DNA from: Octopus sinensis
Lineage: Eukaryota
Assembly: GCF_006345805.1 (NCBI RefSeq)
Contig: NC_043000.1
Location: 138,260,001-138,324,000, forward strand
Length of the DNA stretch: 64,000 nucleotides
Direction of reading: 5' to 3'
Shown: piece by piece, positions 63,116 through 64,000 of the stretch
Layout: each line of letters opens with the position of its first letter
Position numbering within the stretch: position 1 is the first letter of the stretch
Notes under the pieces: generated by a model
Seen by the model: only the letters and a program-made list of their open reading frames with translations
Told to the model about the DNA's origin: nothing
The model's database searches: none
Program-made: the position numbers and the translations under genes

Positions 63116-63836
63116 TATATAAGGTTTTGGAAAGAGCGGACTACATCAAGATTGAAACTTAAGAATTGGATTCGGGGGAAAAACAAAAGCCTTAACAACA
63201 AAATGTAAACCACTGTACATAATAAAACGGAAATGTGATTAAGATTTATTTTAGCTGTTCTGATGAAGATAAAGTGGGCTTATGTATATAATAGATTTTA
63301 AAAGTCATAACACCGTCCTAATGGGAGTGAAGATCATGAATAGTGAATGAATTTATTCTGGAAAAACTGTATCATTGATGAAAAAAACCGTTAATAGTGA
63401 TGGTAGTATTGACATAGAACCAAGACGAGTCAGTCGAGTCATAGTTTTGTCAAACACCTCCCATTTAACTTCATTATCTGTAGCGTCAGAAATACTACGA
63501 AATCTTCATCACTCTCCACCACTACCATCACCACCACTTCTTCATCTCCTTCTTCTCCTTTGTAAACCTCATCCGCCTCGGCACTGTCAGTGGCAGCGAT
63601 ATCAGCGTTATTCTCATGATCAACATCGTTATTGCATATTGCTGTGATGACTATACTGTAAAGGTGATCTTCATCCATCATCGTCACCTTCATCATCATC
63701 ATCATCATCCTCCTCATCATCATCGTCGTCGTCGTCGTCGTCGTTATCACGAGGAAAGAAGTGTTTCTCACACCTTTTATTTAACATTTCTGTTTGGAAA
63801 TGTAAACAGCTCACACACATACACACATACGCACAG

Positions 63837-63952
63837 GTATGTATGTATGTATGTATGTATGTATGTATGTATGTATGTATGTATGTATGTATGTATGTAT
63901 GTATGTTTCTATCTATCTATCTATCTATATATATATATATATATATATATAT
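63837..63952. repeat. (GTAT)n/(CTAT)n/(TA)n microsatellite
   Basis: Direct reading. Confidence 0.95.
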
Positions 63953-64000
63953 GTTTATGTACTTATATAAGTATATATGCATATCTGTATACGAACACAC

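Noticed and set aside
62366-63213. Long poly-Met/poly-Asp/poly-Ser ORFs
   Set aside because: Frames of a (GAT)n repeat that is a retroposon tail; no complex coding sequence or splice context
63375-63647. 90-aa ORF and its antisense frame
   Set aside because: Runs into CAT/CAC low-complexity sequence; no recognisable domain or good splice sites

Overview
AT-rich, repeat-dominated animal genomic DNA. The repeat repertoire and microsatellite load suggest a cephalopod such as octopus; this is an inference, not verified. There is no complete protein-coding gene, and almost all listed ORFs are microsatellite or SINE read-throughs. Content: decayed LINE fragments (R4/Dong-like, CR1-like, RTE, possibly Tx1); many RTE-like 3' ends with (GAT)n tails; several modular tRNA-headed SINE families; a mariner relic; hAT- and piggyBac-type MITEs; one tRNA-Lys(CTT); two recent kb-scale tandem duplications; and a few weak candidate micro-exons. 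Three observations stand out. (1) A set of unrelated short modules carrying minimal type I hammerhead ribozyme folds with palindromic stem III, mostly embedded in (TA)n/(TAA)n tracts and often in inverted-repeat arrangements, resembling non-autonomous Penelope-like elements or retrozymes. (2) 184-bp head-to-tail concatemers of one SINE at three independent loci. (3) A tRNA-Lys lying directly upstream of an RTE 3' tail with no intervening T4 terminator, which is proto-SINE architecture. All RNA folds were assigned by eye and none was computed.
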